In this document: one piece after another, positions 28,375-38,354 of the stretch
How positions within the stretch are numbered: the first letter of the stretch is position 1
How the letters are laid out: every line of letters begins with the position of its first letter
From: Armatimonadota bacterium
Lineage (GTDB): Bacteria > Sysuimicrobiota > Sysuimicrobiia > Sysuimicrobiales > Humicultoraceae
Length of the DNA stretch: 64,000 nucleotides
NCBI GenBank assembly: GCA_037443365.1
Contig: JBBIOM010000002.1
Coordinates: 32,001-96,000 of the forward strand
Direction: 5' to 3'
Position numbers and translations under genes: made by a program
The notes under the pieces: generated by a model
Told to the model about the DNA's origin: nothing
Database searches by the model: none
The model's input: only the letters and a program-made list of their open reading frames with translations

Positions 28375-28823
28375 GCCGCGACGGGCTGCTCGTCCTAGGC
28401 ATCGGCAACGACCTGCTGGGGGACGACGCCGTGGGCTTGCTGGCCGCCGAAGCCCTGCGGGACGAGGGCCTGCCGGTCAGAACAGGGGTGCGGTCGGGCC
28501 TGGCCCTCCTGGATGAGGTCGTCGGGGCCCGCCGCGTCCTGGTTGTGGACAGCCAGTCCACCGGAGGGCTCCCGGGGGCGATCTGCGAGTTCTCCCTGGA
28601 GCCCTGTTCCCTCCGCAGCCCGTCGGCGCACTACATCGGTTACGGCGAGGCACTGGCAATAGGCGCCGCCGTGGGGCTGGAGATGCCGGAGGAAATCCGC
28701 GTGGTGGCGGTGGAGCGCACGCCCGAGATATGCATCGGGGCCGAGCTGTCCGAGCCGGTGCGCGCCGCCCTGCCGGCCCTGGTGGCGCGTGCCCGGACCG
28801 TAATCAGGGAGTGGCTCTGCTGA
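28371..28823 (+). CDS. Hydrogenase maturation protease
   Basis: LGIGNDLLGDDAVG, VVDS, SAH, ELSEPV. ATG 28371 overlaps the mvhA stop. Confidence 0.92.
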   Translation: MSRDGLLVLGIGNDLLGDDAVGLLAAEALRDEGLPVRTGVRSGLALLDEVVGARRVLVVDSQSTGGLPGAICEFSLEPCSLRSPSAHYIGYGEALAIGAAVGLEMPEEIRVVAVERTPEICIGAELSEPVRAALPALVARARTVIREWLC

Positions 28824-29379
28824 AGGCCTTCTTCCCCTCGGCGTAGAGATCTCCCCCGAACGCGTCGTTGACCACGATGGCGGGGAAGTCTGCCACCTCG
28901 AACCGGAAGAGCGCTTCCGGGCCGAGATCCTCGTAGGCGACCACCTCGGCGCGCGTGAAGCATCGCGCCAGCAGGGCCCCGGCGCCGCCGGTCGCGGCCA
29001 TGTAAACCGCCCGATGCTTCGCCATGGCCTCCAGGACGGGCCTAGAGCGGTAGCCCTTGCCGATCATCCCCTTCAATCCATGGGCCATGAGCACGGGGGC
29101 GTAGGTGTCCATTCGGGTGCTGGTGGTCGGCCCTGCTGACCCGATCACCTGGCCGGGCTTCGGAGGCGTGGGACCCACATAGTACACTATCTGGCCGCGC
29201 AAGTCGGCGGGCAGCGCCTCGCCGCGCTCGAGCGCCTCCACCAGGCGCTTGTGCGCGGCGTCCCTCGCGCCGTAGATCACGCCGCTGATCAGCACGAGAT
29301 CCCCTGCGCGGAGTCCTTCCACGATCGCGTCGGTCCAGGGCGTGGTGAGTCGCTTCGGGTTCATGGTTGCCATCTCCAT
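28804..29379 (-). CDS. Class I fumarate hydratase / Fe-S hydro-lyase beta subunit
   Basis: LRAGD.V..SG, ARDAAHKRL, YYVGP, GPTTSTRM, MIGKG, DLGPEA. Confidence 0.92.
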   Translation of the reverse strand: MEMATMNPKRLTTPWTDAIVEGLRAGDLVLISGVIYGARDAAHKRLVEALERGEALPADLRGQIVYYVGPTPPKPGQVIGSAGPTTSTRMDTYAPVLMAHGLKGMIGKGYRSRPVLEAMAKHRAVYMAATGGAGALLARCFTRAEVVAYEDLGPEALFRFEVADFPAIVVNDAFGGDLYAEGKKAFSRATP

Positions 29380-29383
29380 CGCC

Positions 29384-30226
29384 TCAGAGTTCGGCGCGAG
29401 CCACGCGCGCCGCGTGACACTGCAGGTTCACGGCCACCGGCAGGCTGACGATGTGGCATGGGTAGACCTCGACGCGCACATCCAGCGCGGTGGCCAGGCC
29501 CCCGTACCCCATAGGGCCCACGCCCAGCGAGTTGATCGCCGCCAGGAGTTCCTCCTCCATGCGGGCGTAGTATGGGTCCGGGTGGCGCTCTCCCGCCTTC
29601 CGTATCAGGGCTCGCTTGGCAAGGAAGCCGACGGTGTCGAAGGTGCCGCCGATCCCCACGCCAACAACCACGGGCGGGCAGGCGTTGGGCCCCGCCTTCT
29701 CCACGGTCTCGATCACGAAGGCACGCACACCGGCCTCACCGTCCGCTGGGGTCAGCATGGTCATCCGACTCATGTTCTCGGCCCCGCCGCCCTTGGGCAG
29801 GAGGGTCATGCGCAGGCGATCGCCCGGGACCAACTCGATGTGCACCACGGCAGGGGAGTTGTCTCCGGTGTTCCGGCGCCGCAGCGGGTCAGCCACCATC
29901 GACTTCCGCAGGAACCCCTCCGTGTACCCGCGCCGAACGCCTTCGTCCAGCGCGTCGCGCAGCGACCCGCCGGTCACGCAGACCTGGTCGCCCAACTCAA
30001 CGAACACAAACGCCGTCCCGGTGTCCTGGCAGATGGGCACGGCCTCGGTCGCGGCTATCCTGTTGTTCTCAAGGATCTCGTCCAGCACGCGCTGCCCGAG
30101 TGTTGAGGGTTCGCGTTCCCGGGCGGAGCGAAGCAGCGAGAGCACATCCCCCCCCAGGTAGACGTTGGCATCAATGCACAGCCGCCTTGCGGCTTCTGCT
30201 ACGTCCTGGTACTGGATCGTCCGCAT
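29384..30226 (-). CDS. Class I fumarate hydratase / Fe-S hydro-lyase alpha subunit
   Basis: PICQDTG, LRKS.V.DP, NTGDN.P, KGGG.EN, ACPP..VGVGIGG, G.GPMG.GG, CHIVSLPVAVN.QCHA. Start ATG 30226. Confidence 0.92.
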   Translation of the reverse strand: MRTIQYQDVAEAARRLCIDANVYLGGDVLSLLRSAREREPSTLGQRVLDEILENNRIAATEAVPICQDTGTAFVFVELGDQVCVTGGSLRDALDEGVRRGYTEGFLRKSMVADPLRRRNTGDNSPAVVHIELVPGDRLRMTLLPKGGGAENMSRMTMLTPADGEAGVRAFVIETVEKAGPNACPPVVVGVGIGGTFDTVGFLAKRALIRKAGERHPDPYYARMEEELLAAINSLGVGPMGYGGLATALDVRVEVYPCHIVSLPVAVNLQCHAARVARAEL

Positions 30227-30281
30227 GTCCCCCTCCGTCCTCTCCGACCATGGTCGTCTGCGCTCGGCACCCGCGCAGAGG

Positions 30282-33176
30282 TCACGTCTCGCCTCCGGCA
30301 GTGCCAGCGCGTTCGGCGCGCAGGCGTTCCAGCCGCACCGCCGCGAACTTGAACTCAGGCGTCTTGGCACCGGCATCCAGGCCGTCGGCGTGTGTAAGCA
30401 GGTTGGCCGCGGCCTCGCGGAAGTGGAACGGCATGTAGATCATGCCCTGCGGCACGACATCCCCCACCCTTGCCTGGACGCGAACGCTGCCGCGCCGGCT
30501 GCTAACGAGGCACGCCTGACCATCGCGCACGCCCGCGCGTGCGGCATCCTCGGGGTGGATCTCGGCGTAGGCCCTCGGTTCGCGCCAGTCCAGGGGCGCG
30601 GCGCGCCGCGTCATGGGCCCGCCGTTGTAGTGGTACAGCATACGACCCGTGGAGAGCACGAGCGGGTAGGTCTGGTCGGTGGGCTCGAACGGGGGTGCCG
30701 GAGAGGTCGCGTGGAACCGCCCCCTGCCCCGCGAGAACTGCCCCTCGTGCAGGTACACCGTTCCAGGGTGCTCACTGGAGGTGCAAGGCCACTGCAGCCC
30801 CACCTTCTCAAGCCGATCGTGCGTGATGCCGCCGAAGATCGGGCAGAGCGCGGCCACCTCGCGCATGATCTCGGCCGCTGAGTTGTACTCCCAGCGCAGC
30901 GGGCGGCGCAGTCTCTTGCCCAACCGCTTCCCAACCTCGCAGAGAATTTCCCAATCGGGCCGGGCCTCGCCCGGGGCGGCCGCAAACGGGCGAACGAGCT
31001 GCACCCGCCGCTCAGTGTTGGTGAAGGTTCCGCTCTTCTCGGCGAACGACGCCGCGGGCAGGACCACGTGCGCCAGTTGGGCGGTCTCGGTCAGGAAGAT
31101 CTCCTGCACGACCAGGAACTCGAGCGAGCGCATGGCCCGCTCCATCAAGGTGGCATCGGGGTTGGTCATCATGAGGTTCTCGCCCATGATGTACATCGCC
31201 CGAATCCTCCCGTCGGCGGCGGCACGGATCATCTCGATGAAGGTAAGCCCGGGCCTATCGGGCAGGGTCAGTTCGCGGCCGGCCCTGGATCGGCGCTCCC
31301 CCCAGGCGCGCGCGAACTTGGCGCGCACCGCGGGGTCGGAGACCTGCTGGTAGCCGGGGTAGACGTTGGGCAGCGAGCCCATGTCGCAGCCACCCTGCAC
31401 GTTCACCTGCCCCCGCAGCGGGTTGACCCCGGTAGAGAGGCGGCCGATCTGCCCGGTCACCATGGCCAGGTTGGCCAGCGTCTTGACCAGCTCGGTGCCG
31501 TTGGAGCGTTCCGTTATGCCCATCCCGTAGAGGATCGTTGAAGCCCCGCGCCTCGTCGTGTTCGCGGCCTCTTCCGCAGTGACCCGGCGCAACCCCAGCG
31601 CATACATCCGGGCTGCCTCGACGATCTGCTCGGCGGGCACCCCGCAGGCCGCCGATGCGGCCTGCGGGGTCCAGGCCTCCAGGGATTGGGCAAACACGTC
31701 GAAGCCCTCAGTGCGGGCGGCGATGAACTCCCGGTCGAGCCAGCCGTTGGTCACAATCGCGTTCAGCATCCCCAGGTACAGGGCGTGGTCGGTGCCAGGT
31801 GACGGCCGGAGGTGCAACGCAGCGTGCCGGGTGAGACTGATCCTGCGAGGGTCAATCACTATCAGCGTCGCCCCACGCCTTGTTGCGCGGACCACCTCGT
31901 AGGAGATGACCGGGTGCGCCTCGCCGGTGTTGGAACCGGTCACCAGGATGCAATCGGCATCCCTGATCTCCCGGATGCTGTTGGTCATTGCTCCACTTCC
32001 GAAGGCGGCGGCCAGACCGGCCACCGAGGGAGCGTGTCAGACCCTGGCGCAGAGATCCACGTTGTTGGTGTCCATCACCCCGCGCACCAGTTTCTGGAAG
32101 GCGTAGTTGTCCTCGTTGGTGCACAAGGCCGAGCCGATCCCGGCAAAGGAGTCGGGGCCCGATTCCCTCACGATCGCGGCCAGACGATCGGCGACCAGGT
32201 CCAGGGCGACCTCCCAATCCACCTCGACGTGCGTCTCCCCGGCAGCCGGCGGGCGGCCCAGCGGCGAACGGCCCAGCGCCGCGGGCGGAGGCGTGTCCAC
32301 GAGTCCGACGGAGTGGGCCAGATCACGCCGGACCAGCGGTCGGCGCAGCCGGTCCGGGTGTCCCACGAACCCCAGGCCGAATCGGCCCTTGGTGCAGAGG
32401 AACTCGCCGTTGGCAGGCGCGCCGTAGCCCGAAACGGACACGGCCTCGCCCCCACGAGTGGCTACCTCGATGCCGCAGCCCGTGCCGCAGTACGGGCAGA
32501 CGGTACGGGTGCGCACAAGATCCCATTCGCGTCCCTTGCCGATGCGATCCACCGGTACCAACGCCGCGGTCGGGCAGACCTGCACGCAGTTGCCACAGAA
32601 GGTGCACGGTGTCTCCACCAGGGGCGCGTCGAACGGCGTAGCCACGAGCGCCCCAAACCCGCGCTGCGCCACCTCTATCGCGCTAGCCCCAACTACCTCG
32701 TCGCAGACCCGCACGCAGCGCGTGCAGAGAATGCAGTACTGGTGATCCCGGATGAGGAAGGCGTTCTCGTCCTGGTAGAGCGTGCGCGCGATCTCCTTCT
32801 CGTGGCTGCTCTCGGCGAGACCAAACTCGTAGGCGTAGCGCTGCAGATCGCAGGCGCCGGCCTTCTCGCAGATGACGCAGTTCAGGGGGTGGTCGGACAG
32901 CAGCAGGTCGAGGACCTCGCGACGCTGCGCCGTGAGTTGTTCGCTGTGCGTGGTGACCACCATGCCGTTCTTGACGGACAGCCCGCAGCTTGGCATGGCA
33001 GCAGCGTGCCCTTCGACCTCGACCAGGCACAGTCGACAGCCACCCCAGGCAGTCAACTCTGGATGGTCGCAGAGACGTGGGATGTCAAACCCCGCCGCGA
33101 GCGCAGCCTCCAGCACGGTGGCCCCTTCTCTCGCTTCCACCGTTCGTTCGTTGATCGTCAAGGTCACCATCGCCAT
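30282..33176 (-). CDS. fdhF: Selenocysteine-containing formate dehydrogenase alpha subunit (N-terminal NuoG-like Fe-S module + Mo/W-bisPGD domain), 964 aa
   Basis: ORF-track pieces 32037..33437 and 30282..32024 share a frame and are joined by TGA 32037-32039 in NVDLCARV-U-HAPSVAGL. Also CPYCGTGC, LCTKG, PLRGQ.NVQG.CDMG, GTFTNTERR, TPEFK. Confidence 0.95.
32006..32026 (-). promoter_or_regulatory. Bacterial SECIS element
   Basis: mRNA CGGUGGCC-GGUCU-GGCCGCCG hairpin (8-bp stem with one G-U) starting 10 nt after the in-frame UGA; loop resembles the E. coli fdhF SECIS. Confidence 0.85.
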
Positions 33177-34870
33177 CACCTCAATGCCTCGCACGCCCCG
33201 GCCTGACAGTGCCGGTCCTGAACATGGGCCGCGTACTCGTCTCGAAAGTAGCGAAGCGTTGTAACAACAGGATTCGGGGCCGTGAGCCCCAGGCCGCAAA
33301 GCGAGGAGGTGCGCACGGTCTGGGCTACCTGCTCCAGCCGGCCAATATCGTCGGGCCTGGCCTCGCCACTGGTGATTCGCGTGAGTATTGCCAGCATCTT
33401 GCGGGTCCCAACCCGACAGGGCACGCACTTGCCGCAAGACTCGTCCTGCGTGAAGCTCAAGAAGTAGCGCGCCAGATCAACCATGCAAGTGGTGTCGTCG
33501 GCGACGACAAGCCCACCCGAGCCCATGATGGCTCCGGTCGCCCCCAGATCCTCATAGTCCACAGGGGTGTCGAGCATGGAGGCAGGAAGGCACCCGCCAG
33601 AGGGTCCTCCTATTTGCACGGCCTTTATGCGGCGTCCTGGGCGCGGGCCGCCTCCGATGTTCTCCACCACGTGTCGTAGCGAAGTGCCAAGCGGCACCTC
33701 TACCAGGCCGGTGTTCTGGATGGCTCCGGTCAAGGCGAACACCTTGGTTCCCCCGCTGCCGTGTGTTCCGAGGCCGGCATACCAGTCTGGGCCCCGCATG
33801 ATGATAAGCGGGATCGTGGCAAGCGTCTCGACATTGTTGATGCAGGTCGGAAGACCCCAGAGCCCGAGCTCGCTGGGGTACGGAGGACGCATGTAAGGAA
33901 CGGCCCTTTCGCCCTGGATGGATCGGATCAGGGCGGTCTCCTCTCCGGACACAAAGGCCCCTGCGCCCTCGCGCAGGTGGATCTGGTACGCGAACCGAGT
34001 CCCCAAGACCGACGGGCCAAGCAATCCCCAGGCCGTTGCCTCCTCCACCGCTCGTCTCAGCCGCCGCACGGCCAGGGGATACTCGTGCCGTACATACACG
34101 TACCCCTCCGAAGCACCGACGGCATACCCCGCAAGGAGCATTCCCTCGATGACCGCATGGGGATCTCCTTCCATGATGCTCCGGTCCATGAAGGCGCCAG
34201 GGTCACCCTCGTCCCCGTTGCAGATGATGTACTTCCGCGCTCCGGGCTGTTGACGGGTCAGTTCCCACTTCGTGCCGGTCATGAAACCGGCGCCGCCACG
34301 TCCGCGCAGGCGTGATCTGGAAACCGCTCGAATGACTTCTTCTGGGCTCATGCGAAAGAGCGCGCGGTCCAGGGCGGAGTAGCCGCCCCTGGCGAAGTAG
34401 GTCCGTATGTCCTCGGGATCTACAACCCCGCAGTTGTGCAGCGTCATTCGCCTCTGGTGGTGATAGAACGGGATGTGGCGCTCCAGGAGGTGCGCCTGGC
34501 CGGTCAGAGGGTCGTGGAAGATCAGATCCTCCGGCGGGTCTCGGCCGGCGTCAAGTCGCGCAACGAGGTCGGGGACACGCTCGGGGCGAACTCCAGTAAA
34601 CAGGAACCCGTGTGGTTCAGACCGCACCAACGGGCCTCGAGCACAGAAGCCGTGGCATCCGGTGATGCTTACGGGCGAGGAGGTTGCCCTGCCCAGGGCT
34701 TCGGCAACCTGCAGGCTGCCGTTGGATACGCATCCCGTTCCGGCGCACACCTGGAACCGCCGTGGCGTTGCGGCCACCATCTCGGCAAACAGGCGTTCAG
34801 CCCGCAGTACGGCCCCCTCCCCTCTCAAGGGCGGCGCTATGGTGGGGGCGTGACTTCCGGTCTCGTTCAT
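33176..34870 (-). CDS. NuoF/HydB-like NADH/FMN-binding subunit of the FDH complex
   Basis: N-terminal CAGTGC...GCHGFC, LRGRGGAGF, CNGDEGDPGAFMDR, GEETAL, NNVET, GGPSGG, ESCGKCVPCR, SLCGLG. Confidence 0.93.
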   Translation of the reverse strand: MNETGSHAPTIAPPLRGEGAVLRAERLFAEMVAATPRRFQVCAGTGCVSNGSLQVAEALGRATSSPVSITGCHGFCARGPLVRSEPHGFLFTGVRPERVPDLVARLDAGRDPPEDLIFHDPLTGQAHLLERHIPFYHHQRRMTLHNCGVVDPEDIRTYFARGGYSALDRALFRMSPEEVIRAVSRSRLRGRGGAGFMTGTKWELTRQQPGARKYIICNGDEGDPGAFMDRSIMEGDPHAVIEGMLLAGYAVGASEGYVYVRHEYPLAVRRLRRAVEEATAWGLLGPSVLGTRFAYQIHLREGAGAFVSGEETALIRSIQGERAVPYMRPPYPSELGLWGLPTCINNVETLATIPLIIMRGPDWYAGLGTHGSGGTKVFALTGAIQNTGLVEVPLGTSLRHVVENIGGGPRPGRRIKAVQIGGPSGGCLPASMLDTPVDYEDLGATGAIMGSGGLVVADDTTCMVDLARYFLSFTQDESCGKCVPCRVGTRKMLAILTRITSGEARPDDIGRLEQVAQTVRTSSLCGLGLTAPNPVVTTLRYFRDEYAAHVQDRHCQAGACEALR

Positions 34871-35415
34871 CGTGGTGCCTCCGCCTCCAGTACCCTGTAC
34901 ATGTCGAGAATCTCGCCTGCTCTATTCAGGCCCACCGTTCCGTGCACATTCTGATTGACCACAATGGCCGGCGCCAGGCTGCAGCACCCGATGCACGCAA
35001 CGGTCTGCAAGCTAAACATCCCATCGGGGGTGCTCTCGTCCTCCGAGATGTTCAGCTCCTTCCTCATGGCGCTCAAGATCGCGGCGGATCCGGCGACGTG
35101 GCACGCGGTGCCGCGGCACACGTGAATCGCGTAGCGCGCTGGCGCGGTGAAGCGGAACTGGTTGTAGAAGGTGGCCACGCCATACATGCGTGCCAGAGGA
35201 ACACCCAACTCGCGGGCAGCGTACCGCACGGCTCGCTCGGGAAGGAAACCGTAGCGCTCTTGAAGCGCCTGCAGCACGGAGACAACGGAATCACTGCGAC
35301 CCCGATACGGATCAAGGAGAGAAAGCAGGTCTGGTGCGGGCGGCTCGGAGAGCGGGTCGCCCAGGTATACCGTCTTGCGCGGCCGTCCAGCGGTGGTCGA
35401 AGGGGCAGTCGGCAC
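34867..35415 (-). CDS. NuoE/HydC-like [2Fe-2S] subunit
   Basis: GVATFYNQF, VCRGTAC, VACIGCCSLAP. Confidence 0.93.
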   Translation of the reverse strand: MPTAPSTTAGRPRKTVYLGDPLSEPPAPDLLSLLDPYRGRSDSVVSVLQALQERYGFLPERAVRYAARELGVPLARMYGVATFYNQFRFTAPARYAIHVCRGTACHVAGSAAILSAMRKELNISEDESTPDGMFSLQTVACIGCCSLAPAIVVNQNVHGTVGLNRAGEILDMYRVLEAEAPR

Positions 35416-35416
35416 G

Positions 35417-36340
35417 TCAGGCCCTCCCCGCCGCCCGGACTACGTTACGCATCAACAGGATGTTGGTGACCGACCCGACCCCTCCGGGCACCGGGGTAAT
35501 GGCGCCGGCAACCTGGCAGACCTCATCGAATGCCACGTCGCCCACGGTCTTGCGCTTCGGACGACCGCGTTCATCCAGCACCGGCTGGCCCGCCGAGTCG
35601 AGCACCGGCTTCATGTTGATCCCCACGTCCACGACGATCGCGCCAGGCTTGACCATCTCGGCGGTGATGAACTCGGCCTTCCCCATTGCGACGATCAGGA
35701 TGTCGGCCCTGCGCGTGTGCGCGGGCAGGGTGCCGGCCCTGAACGTGAACGAGTGCACGGTGGTGGCCGTCGCGTTCCTCTCCAGCGCCAGGAAGTAGGC
35801 GGGCTTGCCCACGATGTTGCTGCGTCCCACGATGACCAGATCCTTACCCTCGAACGCGGCCTTCGGATCCATGCCTTCGCGGGCGAAGAACCGTTCCAGC
35901 AGCACGTAGCATGCCCACGGGGTCGCCGGGTACACCGTGGGCTGCCCCAGGGCAAGCCGGCCGGCGTTGACCGCGTGGAGGCAGTCGATGTCCTTGGCAG
36001 GGTCTATCGCTTCGAGAACGGGCGCCTCGGGCATCCCCTTGGGGAAGGGCCGTAGCGGGAGAATACCGTGCACCCCCGCGTCCTGGTTGAGCGAGTGCAT
36101 GCCGCCGATCACGTCGGCGAGCGTGGACTCGGCAGGGAGCGAGACGTCCCTGTAGGCGAGCCCTATCTCGGCCGCCACGCGCTCAACCTGGCGCCGGTAC
36201 ATCTTGGCGCCGTAGTCGTCTCCGATCAGAAGCGTGGCCACGCCTGGCGTGCGCCCCGCTTCTCGCATCCTCGCGATCTCGGCCGCGACTTCGGACTTGA
36301 TCTCCTCGGCAATGACGTTCCCGTCAATGATCTTAGCCAT
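35417..36340 (-). CDS. folD: Methylene-THF dehydrogenase (FolD family)
   Basis: IIDG, IDPAKDIDC, PATP, VGRSNIVGKP, VKPGA.VVDVG, ITPVPGGVG. Confidence 0.92.
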   Translation of the reverse strand: MAKIIDGNVIAEEIKSEVAAEIARMREAGRTPGVATLLIGDDYGAKMYRRQVERVAAEIGLAYRDVSLPAESTLADVIGGMHSLNQDAGVHGILPLRPFPKGMPEAPVLEAIDPAKDIDCLHAVNAGRLALGQPTVYPATPWACYVLLERFFAREGMDPKAAFEGKDLVIVGRSNIVGKPAYFLALERNATATTVHSFTFRAGTLPAHTRRADILIVAMGKAEFITAEMVKPGAIVVDVGINMKPVLDSAGQPVLDERGRPKRKTVGDVAFDEVCQVAGAITPVPGGVGSVTNILLMRNVVRAAGRA

Positions 36341-36346
36341 CCGCGC

Positions 36347-36973
36347 TCACCCGAGCCTCTCATAGGTGATCTTCACGACCTCGTCGCGCACCGCACGTAT
36401 GTCCGCAAGGGTGGCCTGAATCCCGGCCCACAGCGGTTCGGTGAACGCGGGATCACCGATCGGTCCAAGGTTGATCTTGACGTTGAGGGCGGCGCTCTGA
36501 GCGGCCGAGTCGGCCAGCAGAGCCGCGATTGCGGCGTCGGTTATCACCTGGGGGTTGCCCTTCTCGGTCGTCACCTTGCTCCAGCGGGCGACCTCTTCGC
36601 ACAGGCGGATCACCCCGGCCGGGACCTCGGACGCCTCGCGGAGGGCCTGCTGGATCGCCGCCTTGCGGGCGGCCTTCTGTTCATCGGTGTCGCGGGGGTG
36701 CTTGTAGGCATCCATCACGCGCCGGAACGACTCGGCGTCCCTGTCAATGGCCGCGAGGAACTCGGCGCGCAGCGCTTCGGCCCTGTCCCTGGCCTGCTCC
36801 ATCTCGGCCTGGACCGCCGCGTACTTCTCGCGGCCCACCGTAAGGTTGGCCACCATGCTGACCAGGGCAGCCCCGGTAGCGCCTGTCAGGGCCGCGGCGG
36901 CTCCACCTCCTGGCTCTGGGGCTGCCGACGCCAGCTTGGCTAGGAACTCATCAATTGGCTTCTCCGGGTACAT
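36347..36973 (-). CDS. fchA: Methenyl-THF cyclohydrolase (FTCD C-terminal family)
   Basis: FL..LAS..P.PGGG.AAA, LVSMVANLT.G, D.DA.SF, GNP...D, LNV.INL. Confidence 0.9.
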   Translation of the reverse strand: MYPEKPIDEFLAKLASAAPEPGGGAAAALTGATGAALVSMVANLTVGREKYAAVQAEMEQARDRAEALRAEFLAAIDRDAESFRRVMDAYKHPRDTDEQKAARKAAIQQALREASEVPAGVIRLCEEVARWSKVTTEKGNPQVITDAAIAALLADSAAQSAALNVKINLGPIGDPAFTEPLWAGIQATLADIRAVRDEVVKITYERLG

Positions 36974-36989
36974 GGCTACCTCCCTGTTG

Positions 36990-38354
36990 TCAGATCTTGC
37001 CCGCAGAGCTGGTCAGCCCCCGCATCTGAAGCAGCGGGCGCGGATCGGTGATCAGCCCCCCGAGGCCTGCGGCCTTCTCCTGGAGACCGAACGCGATCGC
37101 CATCAATTGCGTGAAGTAGAACGCCGGCATGGGCGGAAGCCCGGCCGCGCGTGCCGCCTCCTCCTGCCTGGCGTCGAGGTTGTTGTGGCACAGCGGGCAG
37201 GCCACCGCGAGCGCCTCGGCGCCGGCCGCCTGAGCGTCGCGCAGGATGCGGCCGGTCAACTCGACCACGAGGTCCGGGCGCACTACCGCGTGGCCGGCCC
37301 CGCAGCACTCGGTCTTGTGCGACCAGGCCACCGGAACCCCGCCCAGCGCCGAGATCAACCTGTCCATCTCCATCGGATTTTCGGGCCGCGCCGCACCCGT
37401 GACCGCGGGCGGCCGCGTGAGCAGGCAGCCGTAGTAGCAGGCCACCCGGAGCCCGCGCAGCGGGTTACGCGCCTGCGCGCGGATTCCCTCGAGCCCGCCT
37501 TCGAGCAGCGTGTGCAGGATGTGCTGTACGCGCAGCCCTTCGGGCGACCGGTCAGGAGCGTCCACCTGCGCGTGACGCAGGCGGGAGAAGCAGGCGGCGC
37601 AGGGCGCCGTCACCGCGGTGTGCCCCGCCCGCGCCGCCAGGCTCAGGTTGGCCAGCGGCAGTTCCAGCGCGAGATCCGCGGAGGTCTGGTGTGCCGCCGT
37701 CGCCCCGCAGCACCGCCACGCTTCGATCTCACGCAGCCGCACCCCGAGGGCCGCGGCCACGCCGCGCGTCGAGGCATCGTATTCCCTGGCGCTGGCGTGC
37801 AGCGCGCAGCCGGGGTAGTAGGCGATCTCGCCCGGCTCCGCCCGCCGGCCCGAACGGCGGTTCGGGAGGCCGGGGATCAGCCGCAGCTTGCCGGCGCGGA
37901 ACAGCCTGAGCGCGAACCTGCTCTGGCGGAGCGGCTGGCGCATCCGCATGTTCACCTCCAGGCCTACCCCCGCCTCGAAGAGGCGCCCGAAGAGACGGAT
38001 GCTGCGGATCGCCGCCTGCGTGAAGACCGGCGCCTCGGGCACGCGCGCCGGGATGCGCCGCGATGAAGCCACGATCCTGAGCGCGTCCATGACGCGGGCC
38101 ACGTCGATCCCCTGGGGGCAGCGAGCCGTACAGGCCTGGCAGGAGGCGCACAGCCAGAAGGTGTTGCCCCGCAGCAGCCGATCGTCGAAGCCGAGCTGCA
38201 GGGCGCGCATGGCGGCATGAGGCGCCAGATCCATCTCGGCGGCCAGCGGGCATCCGCTCGTGCACACCTTGCACTGGAAGCACAGTGCGGGGTCCTGGCC
38301 GCTCTCCTGCGCGACCTCCCGTGCCAGCATCGCGCGCGTCGCTGTCTGTTCCAT
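36990..38354 (-). CDS. Fused HdrC-HdrB protein
   Basis: N-terminal CFQCKVCTSGCP and WLCASCQACTARCP, continuing in frame into YYPGC, W.CCGA, PCAAC, YYGC, ECCG, ACPLC, YFTQL. Start ATG 38354. Confidence 0.9.
   Translation of the reverse strand: MEQTATRAMLAREVAQESGQDPALCFQCKVCTSGCPLAAEMDLAPHAAMRALQLGFDDRLLRGNTFWLCASCQACTARCPQGIDVARVMDALRIVASSRRIPARVPEAPVFTQAAIRSIRLFGRLFEAGVGLEVNMRMRQPLRQSRFALRLFRAGKLRLIPGLPNRRSGRRAEPGEIAYYPGCALHASAREYDASTRGVAAALGVRLREIEAWRCCGATAAHQTSADLALELPLANLSLAARAGHTAVTAPCAACFSRLRHAQVDAPDRSPEGLRVQHILHTLLEGGLEGIRAQARNPLRGLRVACYYGCLLTRPPAVTGAARPENPMEMDRLISALGGVPVAWSHKTECCGAGHAVVRPDLVVELTGRILRDAQAAGAEALAVACPLCHNNLDARQEEAARAAGLPPMPAFYFTQLMAIAFGLQEKAAGLGGLITDPRPLLQMRGLTSSAGKI

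Noticed and set aside
30282-33437. FDH as a pseudogene or as two separate genes
   Set aside because: The stop is an in-frame TGA at the catalytic Cys/Sec position and is followed by a SECIS hairpin.
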